IMG/VR virus record: IMGVR_UViG_3300036851_000157
Coordinates: 386 to 64,385 of that record
DNA length: 64,000 nt
Origin: a virus
Taxonomy: Duplodnaviria; Caudoviricetes
Strand: one strand, 5' to 3'
Shown here: piece by piece, positions 56,016-64,000 of the stretch
Position numbering within the stretch: position 1 is the first letter of the stretch
How the letters are laid out: every line of letters begins with the position of its first letter
Notes under the pieces: model-generated
What the model was told of the DNA's origin: nothing
What the model saw: the letters and a program-made list of their open reading frames with translations, nothing else
Databases searched by the model: none
Made by a program: the position numbers and the translations under genes

Positions 56016-56352
56016 GTTGGTTCTCCTCTGGTGGCTTTATGCCAAGTCGTTGTTCTAGATGCGCGACACGAAGCCTCAAAGCCAAGATCTGAGCATCCTT
56101 CTCATCGAGTTTCTCGCTGAGATCTTGAATCTCTTCTTCTTGGTGCGCGATCTTTTGATCCTGTCTAGATATGGTGTCGATGTCGAACTTCCTCGCACGC
56201 TCGTAGGCCTGCTCCAGTCTCTTACCTTCGACTGAAGTGGTTGTGTTTTTGGTTGACGCATTGGCCGATGCTCTCGCGGCGCCATATGCCGAAGCGGCAC
56301 CCACAATCGCAGCGATCACACTCCCGATAACGGTGATCACAACAGAATCCAT
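56002..56352 (-). CDS. Membrane-anchored coiled-coil protein
   Basis: N-terminal TM plus coiled coil; next to holin. Confidence 0.7.
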   Translation of the reverse strand: MDSVVITVIGSVIAAIVGAASAYGAARASANASTKNTTTSVEGKRLEQAYERARKFDIDTISRQDQKIAHQEEEIQDLSEKLDEKDAQILALRLRVAHLEQRLGIKPPEENQRESQ

Positions 56353-56354
56353 GT

Positions 56355-56807
56355 TTACACCGTCTTAGATTCTATTGCTTCAACTCTAGGTGGGTTAACC
56401 AAACCGCTAACTCCCCACCATACGAAAGCAAGTAGCCCCCAAATAAAAGAACCTCGAAGATTTGAAATCGGAGCAAGATCGAACAGAACGCCAACACCAT
56501 AGAAAGTGGCCCAAGTTGCAGAGAGACCGGTCAGAACCACGTAGCCCCACGTTGTGGAAATTGCAGGCCATCGCGACGATATGACAGCCAGCCAACCAGC
56601 AAACATGAAGATGATTCCCCACACGTCCATTCCCCACCAAGACAGAGCAACGTGAAGAGCACGCTCATTCGCGGCCGTGATTTCCGTTGTGTAGAACGAG
56701 ACACCAATGGCTATGTAGACCAAGCCCGCGATGAGAAGAACAAAGCTGTGTCTTTCCCATGGACGAAGTGATTTCCATGGATGTAGATGCGGATACAAAT
56801 GTTGCAT
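56355..56807 (-). CDS. Four-TM membrane protein
   Basis: Hydrophobic segments; AGGAGG RBS. Confidence 0.75.
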   Translation of the reverse strand: MQHLYPHLHPWKSLRPWERHSFVLLIAGLVYIAIGVSFYTTEITAANERALHVALSWWGMDVWGIIFMFAGWLAVISSRWPAISTTWGYVVLTGLSATWATFYGVGVLFDLAPISNLRGSFIWGLLAFVWWGVSGLVNPPRVEAIESKTV

Positions 56808-56819
56808 GCCTCCTCCTTT

Positions 56820-57980
56820 CTAAGAAAGCCTTGACGACAACGTCGGATATCCAACCTCGCCGTTTTCGTCCTGTGTGCGAATGAATTCAGTCACATACTC
56901 GTTCGACGATCCATATCGTCCTTGCACCTTAACGCGATCCCCAAGCCGGTAGTCCACGTTATACTTGAAATTGATGAAAGGAGAGATCTGAGCATCGACA
57001 GTACGAATTCTACTGCCTTCTTTTCGCACAGCCCTTAGACCTTTGTCTTCAAGACCTTCCTCAAAGTCATCAGCATCTTCAGCGGTCTCTTTCGTGCCTC
57101 CGTCTACGAATGTGTCTCGACGGTTCCACCCAGTATTCGTACCAGGAAGTTCGTCTGGATCGGTGTAGTAGTGGTTGCGAGGATCGCCCACAACATACGC
57201 ACCTGTTTTCAAATTTTCACTCGAGAAGAGGTATTTGGGGCTGTCCAAGTGTCCGGCTTTCCAGCTGAAGACAACCGAATCTGTCAAGTCACGACCCTTG
57301 TAGATATCAAATCTACAGTTGGTGATGTTGGTCTCAGGAGTAGTGCTGAACGCACCTCCACTGCCAAAGCTCACTTTGCGACCATTAGTCCCATTCGGTC
57401 GAATGATCCGAATGCCCAATTTTCCTGAAGCCAGGAATGTCATCAACTGATCGTAGATGATGCCGTTCTCTATCTTCCTTGCCTTGACTGCTCCGTCGTC
57501 CGTTCCGGCAGGCATCGATACCGTGCAGATCACGTGAGGAATTGAGTTCCCTGCAGGATACGTTGAGGTTACCCGTAGAACATCATCCCCAGTGTCGTTG
57601 ACCACAGCAGTCCACACCAATGCTGCACAAGCCTGCTTGATGGTGTATTTGGTTTGCATTTTGACGGATTTGCCGTATGGAGCGTTCTTCCAGACTCGGT
57701 TCATCAGGAAGGCATCGATCGTCCTCCCCTTTATCGTCAGTTGAGGGACCCCATCGTCATTCTCTTGGATTTCGTGGGAGTCAACCATCATCACTTCGTT
57801 GCTGTCGAGCAGTGTGCAAAGACTACGTTCGGGCAAAAGCTCCCTGGTGTAGTCAATGTCTTCAGTGTGCAGCTCGAAGTCTCCGTACGGCTGAAAACGC
57901 TCCGTCCATATAAGACTTCGGTAACCCTCGACTAACTCCTTGACTGAAAAGTCGTTCCGGTTCATCGTGAGAAGATCCAT
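56820..57980 (-). CDS. Minor tail protein (Gp37-like)
   Basis: SLIWTERF...GDFEL, DY.LGD.V, VTEFIR.QD..G...YPT. Confidence 0.8.
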   Translation of the reverse strand: MDLLTMNRNDFSVKELVEGYRSLIWTERFQPYGDFELHTEDIDYTRELLPERSLCTLLDSNEVMMVDSHEIQENDDGVPQLTIKGRTIDAFLMNRVWKNAPYGKSVKMQTKYTIKQACAALVWTAVVNDTGDDVLRVTSTYPAGNSIPHVICTVSMPAGTDDGAVKARKIENGIIYDQLMTFLASGKLGIRIIRPNGTNGRKVSFGSGGAFSTTPETNITNCRFDIYKGRDLTDSVVFSWKAGHLDSPKYLFSSENLKTGAYVVGDPRNHYYTDPDELPGTNTGWNRRDTFVDGGTKETAEDADDFEEGLEDKGLRAVRKEGSRIRTVDAQISPFINFKYNVDYRLGDRVKVQGRYGSSNEYVTEFIRTQDENGEVGYPTLSSRLS

Positions 57981-58813
57981 CAGACCCCCCAGTACTGCGC
58001 AGTGAACGTCAAAGGGCCCTTCCACTGCCACTTGGTAGTCCCTGGAGGAACCTTGAAGTGGTTATAGCCTGGGTGGAGGGTAATCCACTCTGAGTCGGCT
58101 CGAAGAATGCCCATCTTGTTCTGAACAGTTCCTTGCTTCTTGTTCCAGTGGATGTATCTCTTGCCTGGGATTGTCGATACGGCCAAAATGTCTCCGACAG
58201 CAAATGCTTTGTCGAACGTCATTCCAATCGAGTCATCTTCCGCCACACGGAGATACCAATGCTGCATAGTATCTGTGAACTTCACAGCAAACTGGAAGCC
58301 AGTATCAGCAGTTCCAGGGTTGTAGACGTTGGGATTCGTTTCGCTGAGAGCTGTTGCTGGATAAGACGTAGCCGCCGGCTCCCGAAACTTGTCATGAAGC
58401 GTTCGAAACGTGAGTTGAACTGCTGGTTCCTTGACGAACAGCGCCGACTCAAACTTCGAACAGTACGCTTCTACCGTGGCGAAGAGTACTCCTCCCGCCA
58501 TGAGATCGATCCAGACCTTAGGGTCGTAACCCGTCCGGAGCATTGTGTAGAGGTTGTTTCGAAGGTTCTTCACGTCACCATGTAGCATAACCAAAGCCAC
58601 GACATCGCGGTCTTCCGATTGGATTCCTTGGAACTTCCCCCCAGAGCCAGTTTTGGCGATCGCCACGGTCTGGTCCGGGGGGTCAATCCCATCGATGTTT
58701 TTCACAACGTACGGATCAGAATCCGTAGAGTAAGGGGTGAAGGGCAAGTTCACCACGTCAAGCCCCCGAAGCCGGATCGAAGTGATCACCGGCGTTCTCA
58801 ACAGTACTGTCAT
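57980..58813 (-). CDS. Distal tail (Dit)-like protein
   Basis: Follows tape measure; V..IDGIDPP, W..L.PG.N. Confidence 0.75.
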   Translation of the reverse strand: MTVLLRTPVITSIRLRGLDVVNLPFTPYSTDSDPYVVKNIDGIDPPDQTVAIAKTGSGGKFQGIQSEDRDVVALVMLHGDVKNLRNNLYTMLRTGYDPKVWIDLMAGGVLFATVEAYCSKFESALFVKEPAVQLTFRTLHDKFREPAATSYPATALSETNPNVYNPGTADTGFQFAVKFTDTMQHWYLRVAEDDSIGMTFDKAFAVGDILAVSTIPGKRYIHWNKKQGTVQNKMGILRADSEWITLHPGYNHFKVPPGTTKWQWKGPLTFTAQYWGV

Positions 58814-61800
58814 TAGCCCTTCACCTCCCTAAATAGCGCGAATTGGGACTTTGTTCCACGGTAGATCTCAACCTTGTTCACCGGTTTCGGTGAGTTGATG
58901 GTTTGGTTGAAGTTGTAGGTCTCGTTGATCGAGGCCACAGCGTCAGCTCTTCGACGCCCTTCGATTCCTGAAATATCCGAAGCCTTGCGTCCGGACAGTC
59001 CAGTGTTGATCGTGTGCCTTCCGGACAGATGCCCACTGATCGCCGTAGCGTCCTTCTCGAGCTGAGTCAGGTCCAGAACTGGTGCAATAGTAGGACGAAT
59101 ATCCCGGAGACTATCGCCCATCTTGCGCGAGTTATTGAATGCGTATCGCATTGCATCCAGACTCCGGTCTGCTAGCTCCTTAGAAGACTTCTCAGCGGCG
59201 CCAACATGCTGATGAATTCCATCAGCAACGCCCTTGGCAACCCATTGACCGACCTCATCTCGCATGACCTTGGATGGGCTATCAATACCGAGAACCTTCC
59301 TCATCCATCCAGGAAGTGCACCGGCAATAGCCGAAGCAGCGCTTCTGAGAAGATCCATGCCGGTAGTCCATAGATACGATGTTATACCCGTAATCAAATC
59401 TACAGCTATACCGCCTCCAGCAGTGGCTAGTTGTCCCCCTATACCCTTCACTGCCGACACGATTTCAACAGCCAAGAATCCGATGAACTGGATCGCCCTG
59501 CGCTTGACCCTTGGATACTCAGCTTCGATCGCATCCATAAATGCAATGACGATGTTGGCCGCCTTGTGAGCAATCCTAGGAATTGCCTCTTCGATGCCTG
59601 TCAGGAACGCGATTATGACACGAATACCGAATCTGATGAATCGTCCAATGTACGACTCAAGAACACTGAACGCAGTCTCGATGAGAGCTCGGAATACCTG
59701 GCGAAGCTTGGGTTGGAACTTGATGAACGCGTCGGCCATGACCGTCAACAACTTGTAAATCGCCTTTGTCAGAGGCACTGCCGCGTCTACAAACCCTTGA
59801 ATGAGCCCCAGAACGAAAGCGCCAACAGCCTTGGCAATCTCAGGTACCAACTTCAGTAGAAGAATGACACCGTCGTAGACTGCCTGGAATCCCGCAGGAC
59901 CCACAATGGCAAGAACACCCAGGGCCGTCGCAAACGCCAGAACACCCAAGCCGGCCAGAGCAATTGCCTGGCCGATGAGCAACGCTGCAGCACCGAAAGC
60001 CATGATGGCTGGGATAGCTGGCAAGAGGCCGTTGGCTGCAATTACGAGTGCCGTCAGCGCAAGACCGATGAACACGAAAGCCTTCGTCAGATCATCTGCC
60101 GGAATCTTTGCCAGAATCTCCAACGCCTTAGCAATGACGATCATTGCAGCAGCGCCAGCAAGTAATCCAACCGCTCCGCCACCACTCAAAGCCATGCCAG
60201 CAAGAGCTACAGCACCAATAGTGACAACCAAAGCAGTCAGAGCGTCACCAAGTCTTTCACTATCGATCTTTGCCACCTTCTCGAGCGACTTAGCCAAGAT
60301 CAAGAGCCCAACGGAGGCGATAAGCAAGCCAATGGACCCGGTGACCGCAAATTTACCGAAGGCACGCATAGCCAGACCAAGACCGAGAATCACAGCAGCA
60401 GCCTTACCGCCACCGTCAATGATCATGTCCCAGCTGAGCTTGGAGTAGATCTTCATGGTTCCAGCGAACGCTACAAGGGCCCCAGAAAGCACGAGAAGGG
60501 CCGCTGCAGTCGCAAATATCGTGGCTCCGCCTCCCGTCTTGGACAAGATCGCGGTAGCCGCCACAACGCCTGCTACAATGGCTCCAATGGCCTTCAAACC
60601 ATTGACCACTTCCTCTGGATCCATCTTGCCGAGGATTCTCACAGCACCTGCCAGAATTACGACTGCCGTAGAGAACGCAACCATGGCCACGCCCATTCCG
60701 GTCATCGCAGCGCTCTTCTTAGCGATGTCCTTCACGCTTAGACTGGTATCGCCACCAATTAGAATCTTCATCGAAGCGACAAGAGCGGTCATCAAACCCG
60801 CAATCGCGCCCATGGAGTATGCCAGCTGCTTTCCATCAAGTTGTGACAGAATATAAGCTGCACCGGCAAGCAACAGAACGGATATGGCAATCTTCTTGAT
60901 AATGTCTGCCTTGACATCTTGCTGCATGACCTTCAAGCTGCTCGAAATCCGATCCAGAACGCCACTTGCACTCTTTGAGATTCCGCTGAATGCTCTTGCG
61001 ACATTCGTCGCTGCAAGTAGAAAGCCTCCTGTCAGGAGCGTGTTAACAATCTCCAAGAAACTTTCGAGATCCATACTCGCCATGGAATTCTTGAATGCCG
61101 ACCCAAGACCCTCGACGAATACCCCAAGGCCAGCAGCCATGAACTCGAATGTTTTCCTGAGAGCCTCAAGTAGGAACGGTCCTGCGTCAATAATTCCCTG
61201 TCCAATACCCAGAACTATGTTGACTCCGATCGGAATCATAGTCTCTGCTGGTGAGTGAATACCCAGAGCGTCCTTGACCCACGTAACGATGTTGTTGGCA
61301 AAATTCACCAGAGCCGCTTGAATGCTTGCACCGTTGATACCATCAATAATGCCGTCAATCAGACCCTTGGCAATATCTCCACCTTCGGACGCCAAACTTG
61401 CGATGCTGTCACCAATTGCCTGGATGACTGGCACGAGAGGCTGCAAAGCCCGGAAGAATGCAGTTGCAATGTTGGAAACACCCTTAAGCATCTTCTCGAG
61501 CTTCTTACCTTCCCGAACCCAATCCACGAAAGATTCGATGGTCTCTACAATGGTGTCCAGGAAACCACCGCCATCACCAGCACCCGAGCCCAGCAAGCCA
61601 AAGAGGCTGCCGAGCATCTTGATAGCGAAGCCAACAATTGTTCCAAGGAACTTGACCGCAGTAAATATCCCGACGAAGACGACGCGAATCGCGTGCATCT
61701 GCTTCACGTTTAGACGGAATAGTTCAAAGAACGAGTGGAATGCCTCGCTCATAGTTACAAGAATCTTGGCGGATCCTGGAGGGAAGACTTCCTTGAACGC

Positions 61801-63036
61801 ATTCTTGATTGGGACGAAGAAACGCACAAGATCCTTGAATGCCTGCTTCAAGCCTTCAATGACTTCTACTCGGCCGCCAAACTTGTTCCAGTAGGCGAGA
61901 GCCTTGTTGATCTTGGCGAAGAAACCTGCAACTCCGTCTGTGATGTACTTGGTAACTCCGGTCCAAAGCTTCTTGGACTGGTTGAAGTTACCAAAGATGT
62001 TCTGGAAAACCTGAGCCCAACCAGAACCGATCGATTCCTTGACAACATCGTAAGCCTGACCGATGGTCTTGACCTTGGTCGCTGACTCAATAGAAGCCTG
62101 CGAAAGCCGATTGAGTTCCTCAGCAGCTTGCTGAGAATATCCCATTCCCTTAAGCTGCTCAACCGAGAACGCCTTGTAACCACCAGTGGTCTTGTCGATT
62201 TGCCCAGCCATCACCTTCATCGTCTTGGTGAAGATGTCGCCGGTCAACCAGCCCGCCTGAAGCGAATCACGGAAACTTCCAGTGCTAGCAATAGCATCCT
62301 TCATGGCCGCGCCAGCATCTTCACCAGACTCAGCAGTTGCTTGAAGCGCCTTCTGAATGTTCGTACCACCCATGTTGGCATTTGCCAACGAGTTCCAGTC
62401 CATTAGGCGAATAACACCTGTGCTGAGCGCCTGCGACATCTGATACATCGCGCTGTTGAGCTGTTCCGAGGTAGCGCCAGACAGAGCAGCAACGTTTGCC
62501 ATACCCTTGATGGCGTCAGTGGCAGGACCCATAGCGACGCCCGCCGCAGTGAATCGACCGATGTTCTGAGCCATCTGACTGAAGTTGTAGATGGTCTTGT
62601 CCGAGTACTCATTCAACTGCCTCAGCGTGTTGTTGACCGCAGGCAGCTTGGCTCCAGTATTCGCAATGATCGTCTGGATAGAGTTGAGATTCGTGCTGTA
62701 TTCACTGAAGCCGGCAGTGAGTGGGTCGATCGTCAAACTCTTACCTATCTTGAGAGCCGAATCGACCACCTTGTTGGTGATGTTAGAGATTGCCGTGACA
62801 GCTACGGTTGTGAGACCGAGCCACATTTTGCTGACGCCCTCAATGGCAGAGGCCATCGGGTGCATGTTGAACCCGGAAACCGAACGGTTGATATCCTCAA
62901 TACCCTTACCGGCTCCCGAGAAAGACATTGCAGCCTTCAGCTTGTCGAGGGTACCAAGGGATTGCGAAACACCGGACTCAAACTGCTTGTTGTCAAAATG
63001 CATTGCCACGATTTGATCTTCAACGGTGTTGCTCAT
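58813..63036 (-). CDS. Tape measure protein
   Basis: 1407 aa, Ala/Gly-rich helical; LN.YSDKTIYNF, AMYQ.SQAL, LGI.SPS. Confidence 0.92.
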   Translation of the reverse strand: MSNTVEDQIVAMHFDNKQFESGVSQSLGTLDKLKAAMSFSGAGKGIEDINRSVSGFNMHPMASAIEGVSKMWLGLTTVAVTAISNITNKVVDSALKIGKSLTIDPLTAGFSEYSTNLNSIQTIIANTGAKLPAVNNTLRQLNEYSDKTIYNFSQMAQNIGRFTAAGVAMGPATDAIKGMANVAALSGATSEQLNSAMYQMSQALSTGVIRLMDWNSLANANMGGTNIQKALQATAESGEDAGAAMKDAIASTGSFRDSLQAGWLTGDIFTKTMKVMAGQIDKTTGGYKAFSVEQLKGMGYSQQAAEELNRLSQASIESATKVKTIGQAYDVVKESIGSGWAQVFQNIFGNFNQSKKLWTGVTKYITDGVAGFFAKINKALAYWNKFGGRVEVIEGLKQAFKDLVRFFVPIKNAFKEVFPPGSAKILVTMSEAFHSFFELFRLNVKQMHAIRVVFVGIFTAVKFLGTIVGFAIKMLGSLFGLLGSGAGDGGGFLDTIVETIESFVDWVREGKKLEKMLKGVSNIATAFFRALQPLVPVIQAIGDSIASLASEGGDIAKGLIDGIIDGINGASIQAALVNFANNIVTWVKDALGIHSPAETMIPIGVNIVLGIGQGIIDAGPFLLEALRKTFEFMAAGLGVFVEGLGSAFKNSMASMDLESFLEIVNTLLTGGFLLAATNVARAFSGISKSASGVLDRISSSLKVMQQDVKADIIKKIAISVLLLAGAAYILSQLDGKQLAYSMGAIAGLMTALVASMKILIGGDTSLSVKDIAKKSAAMTGMGVAMVAFSTAVVILAGAVRILGKMDPEEVVNGLKAIGAIVAGVVAATAILSKTGGGATIFATAAALLVLSGALVAFAGTMKIYSKLSWDMIIDGGGKAAAVILGLGLAMRAFGKFAVTGSIGLLIASVGLLILAKSLEKVAKIDSERLGDALTALVVTIGAVALAGMALSGGGAVGLLAGAAAMIVIAKALEILAKIPADDLTKAFVFIGLALTALVIAANGLLPAIPAIMAFGAAALLIGQAIALAGLGVLAFATALGVLAIVGPAGFQAVYDGVILLLKLVPEIAKAVGAFVLGLIQGFVDAAVPLTKAIYKLLTVMADAFIKFQPKLRQVFRALIETAFSVLESYIGRFIRFGIRVIIAFLTGIEEAIPRIAHKAANIVIAFMDAIEAEYPRVKRRAIQFIGFLAVEIVSAVKGIGGQLATAGGGIAVDLITGITSYLWTTGMDLLRSAASAIAGALPGWMRKVLGIDSPSKVMRDEVGQWVAKGVADGIHQHVGAAEKSSKELADRSLDAMRYAFNNSRKMGDSLRDIRPTIAPVLDLTQLEKDATAISGHLSGRHTINTGLSGRKASDISGIEGRRRADAVASINETYNFNQTINSPKPVNKVEIYRGTKSQFALFREVKG

Positions 63037-63422
63037 ACCTTGGTCACCTCCTCAAAGACAGTCTTCGCAATTTCGTCGAAGAGCGGTTGAACAACCGGAT
63101 TGATGAAATCTCGTCCAATCACATAGCCACCAGTGCGAGTTCCATGACCATACTGGATGAGAATTGCAATGACCTGTCCGTCCTCAACATGGCTATTGTG
63201 GAAGTCCAGGTAGTACTGTCCGTTTTGCTGACCAGTTGTGTAGTACCATCCGGCCGCAGTTTCACCACTCTCAACCGGCGTTGCCGCTTTTAGAGCCTCA
63301 ACTCCGCGGGGGCCATATTGGTTGAGAATAGTCAGAATGCGATTCTGCTTCAGCTTGTTGAGATAGGCAGAGGTTTTCGAGAACTTTCCTGATGCCGAAA
63401 GGCTAATCGTAGGGCCGGCCAC
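63033..63422 (-). CDS. Neck / tail-completion protein
   Basis: ATPV.SG.TA..W, IAILIQYGHGT..GGYV.GRD.INP. Confidence 0.7.
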   Translation of the reverse strand: MAGPTISLSASGKFSKTSAYLNKLKQNRILTILNQYGPRGVEALKAATPVESGETAAGWYYTTGQQNGQYYLDFHNSHVEDGQVIAILIQYGHGTRTGGYVIGRDFINPVVQPLFDEIAKTVFEEVTKV

Positions 63423-63466
63423 TGCCTACCTCCTTTCAAGACTGATTGATGGTTTCTTTTCTCCGT

Positions 63467-64000
63467 TTATGCTGGGTTGTAGTACAGGCGAATGGCAAAA
63501 TATGCCACATCGATTGTGGCAGATCCTTGCCCTGTCCCCGGAATGAAATCCTCTACCCAGATGCGGTTCGCCGGAATTTGAGCACCCGGAGCACCTGTAA
63601 GTCTCGAAAGAACCTCAGGTGCACTACACACAACTTCCCCAAAAGAACCAACCGGAATATCGTTGAAGACAAACTCACTAGGAGCTGCCGAATTACCACT
63701 CCAGTTGGTTACACCGGATGATTCGCAGTACAAGAATGGAACTGTTGTTGGCACAGGGTAAGCGCCATCATACCCGGCTGCTGCCGCTCCGTCGTTGGCA
63801 GATCGCCGAGCAATGACCACGTACTTCGCTTCTGTCAACACATAACCTGCTGGAGTAGCAGGCATAAAGATGTTGACATTAGACGCTGGAACTCCCTGAT
63901 CCGTCTCGGCAAAGTACTCCGGTGCGTAACGATTGAGATTCGGAATTGTCACAAAGCTTGATGTATCCGGAGTTCCCATTTCGTCATAGGCGCCAGCTCC
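63467..64000 (-). CDS. Minor tail-like protein, start beyond the window edge
   Basis: Frame is open to 64000 (GAGAYDEMGTPD...); beta-rich, acidic. Confidence 0.65.
   Translation of the reverse strand, partial: GAGAYDEMGTPDTSSFVTIPNLNRYAPEYFAETDQGVPASNVNIFMPATPAGYVLTEAKYVVIARRSANDGAAAAGYDGAYPVPTTVPFLYCESSGVTNWSGNSAAPSEFVFNDIPVGSFGEVVCSAPEVLSRLTGAPGAQIPANRIWVEDFIPGTGQGSATIDVAYFAIRLYYNPA

Overview
This window is a nearly complete, circularly permuted genome of a tailed dsDNA phage (siphovirus). Essentially all genes lie on the minus strand. No integrase or repressor cassette was seen, so it is probably lytic. Gene content and order resemble, from recall, the actinobacteriophage AU/AM/AW/BI/DJ/CC group; the host cannot be fixed from sequence. 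Modules: head and tail (1-15 kb, 56.8-64 kb), lysis, HNH and terminases, a candidate cos end near 18.9 kb, replication (helicase, SSB, fused helicase-primase-polymerase) and many small ORFs. Highlights: (1) a 938-aa protein with the DFDGD catalytic motif of two-barrel RNA polymerases, together with 17 exactly spaced copies of a non-canonical promoter-like motif (TCGC-N6-WWC-N8-TAAYRR) that mostly head promoter/RBS/small-ORF/terminator cassettes; (2) an SF2 helicase split by a ~1.5 kb stop-free insert that encodes a chain of separate genes in the -1 frame; (3) two small structured RNAs, each with its own promoter copy (one with a tRNA T-arm, one with hammerhead-like topology), plus a ~1 kb structured non-coding region; (4) a recurring (L/I/V)-x-H motif linking the capsid precursor, the putative RNAP and a 2H-phosphoesterase. 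Family assignments rest on motif recognition by eye, not on database searches.
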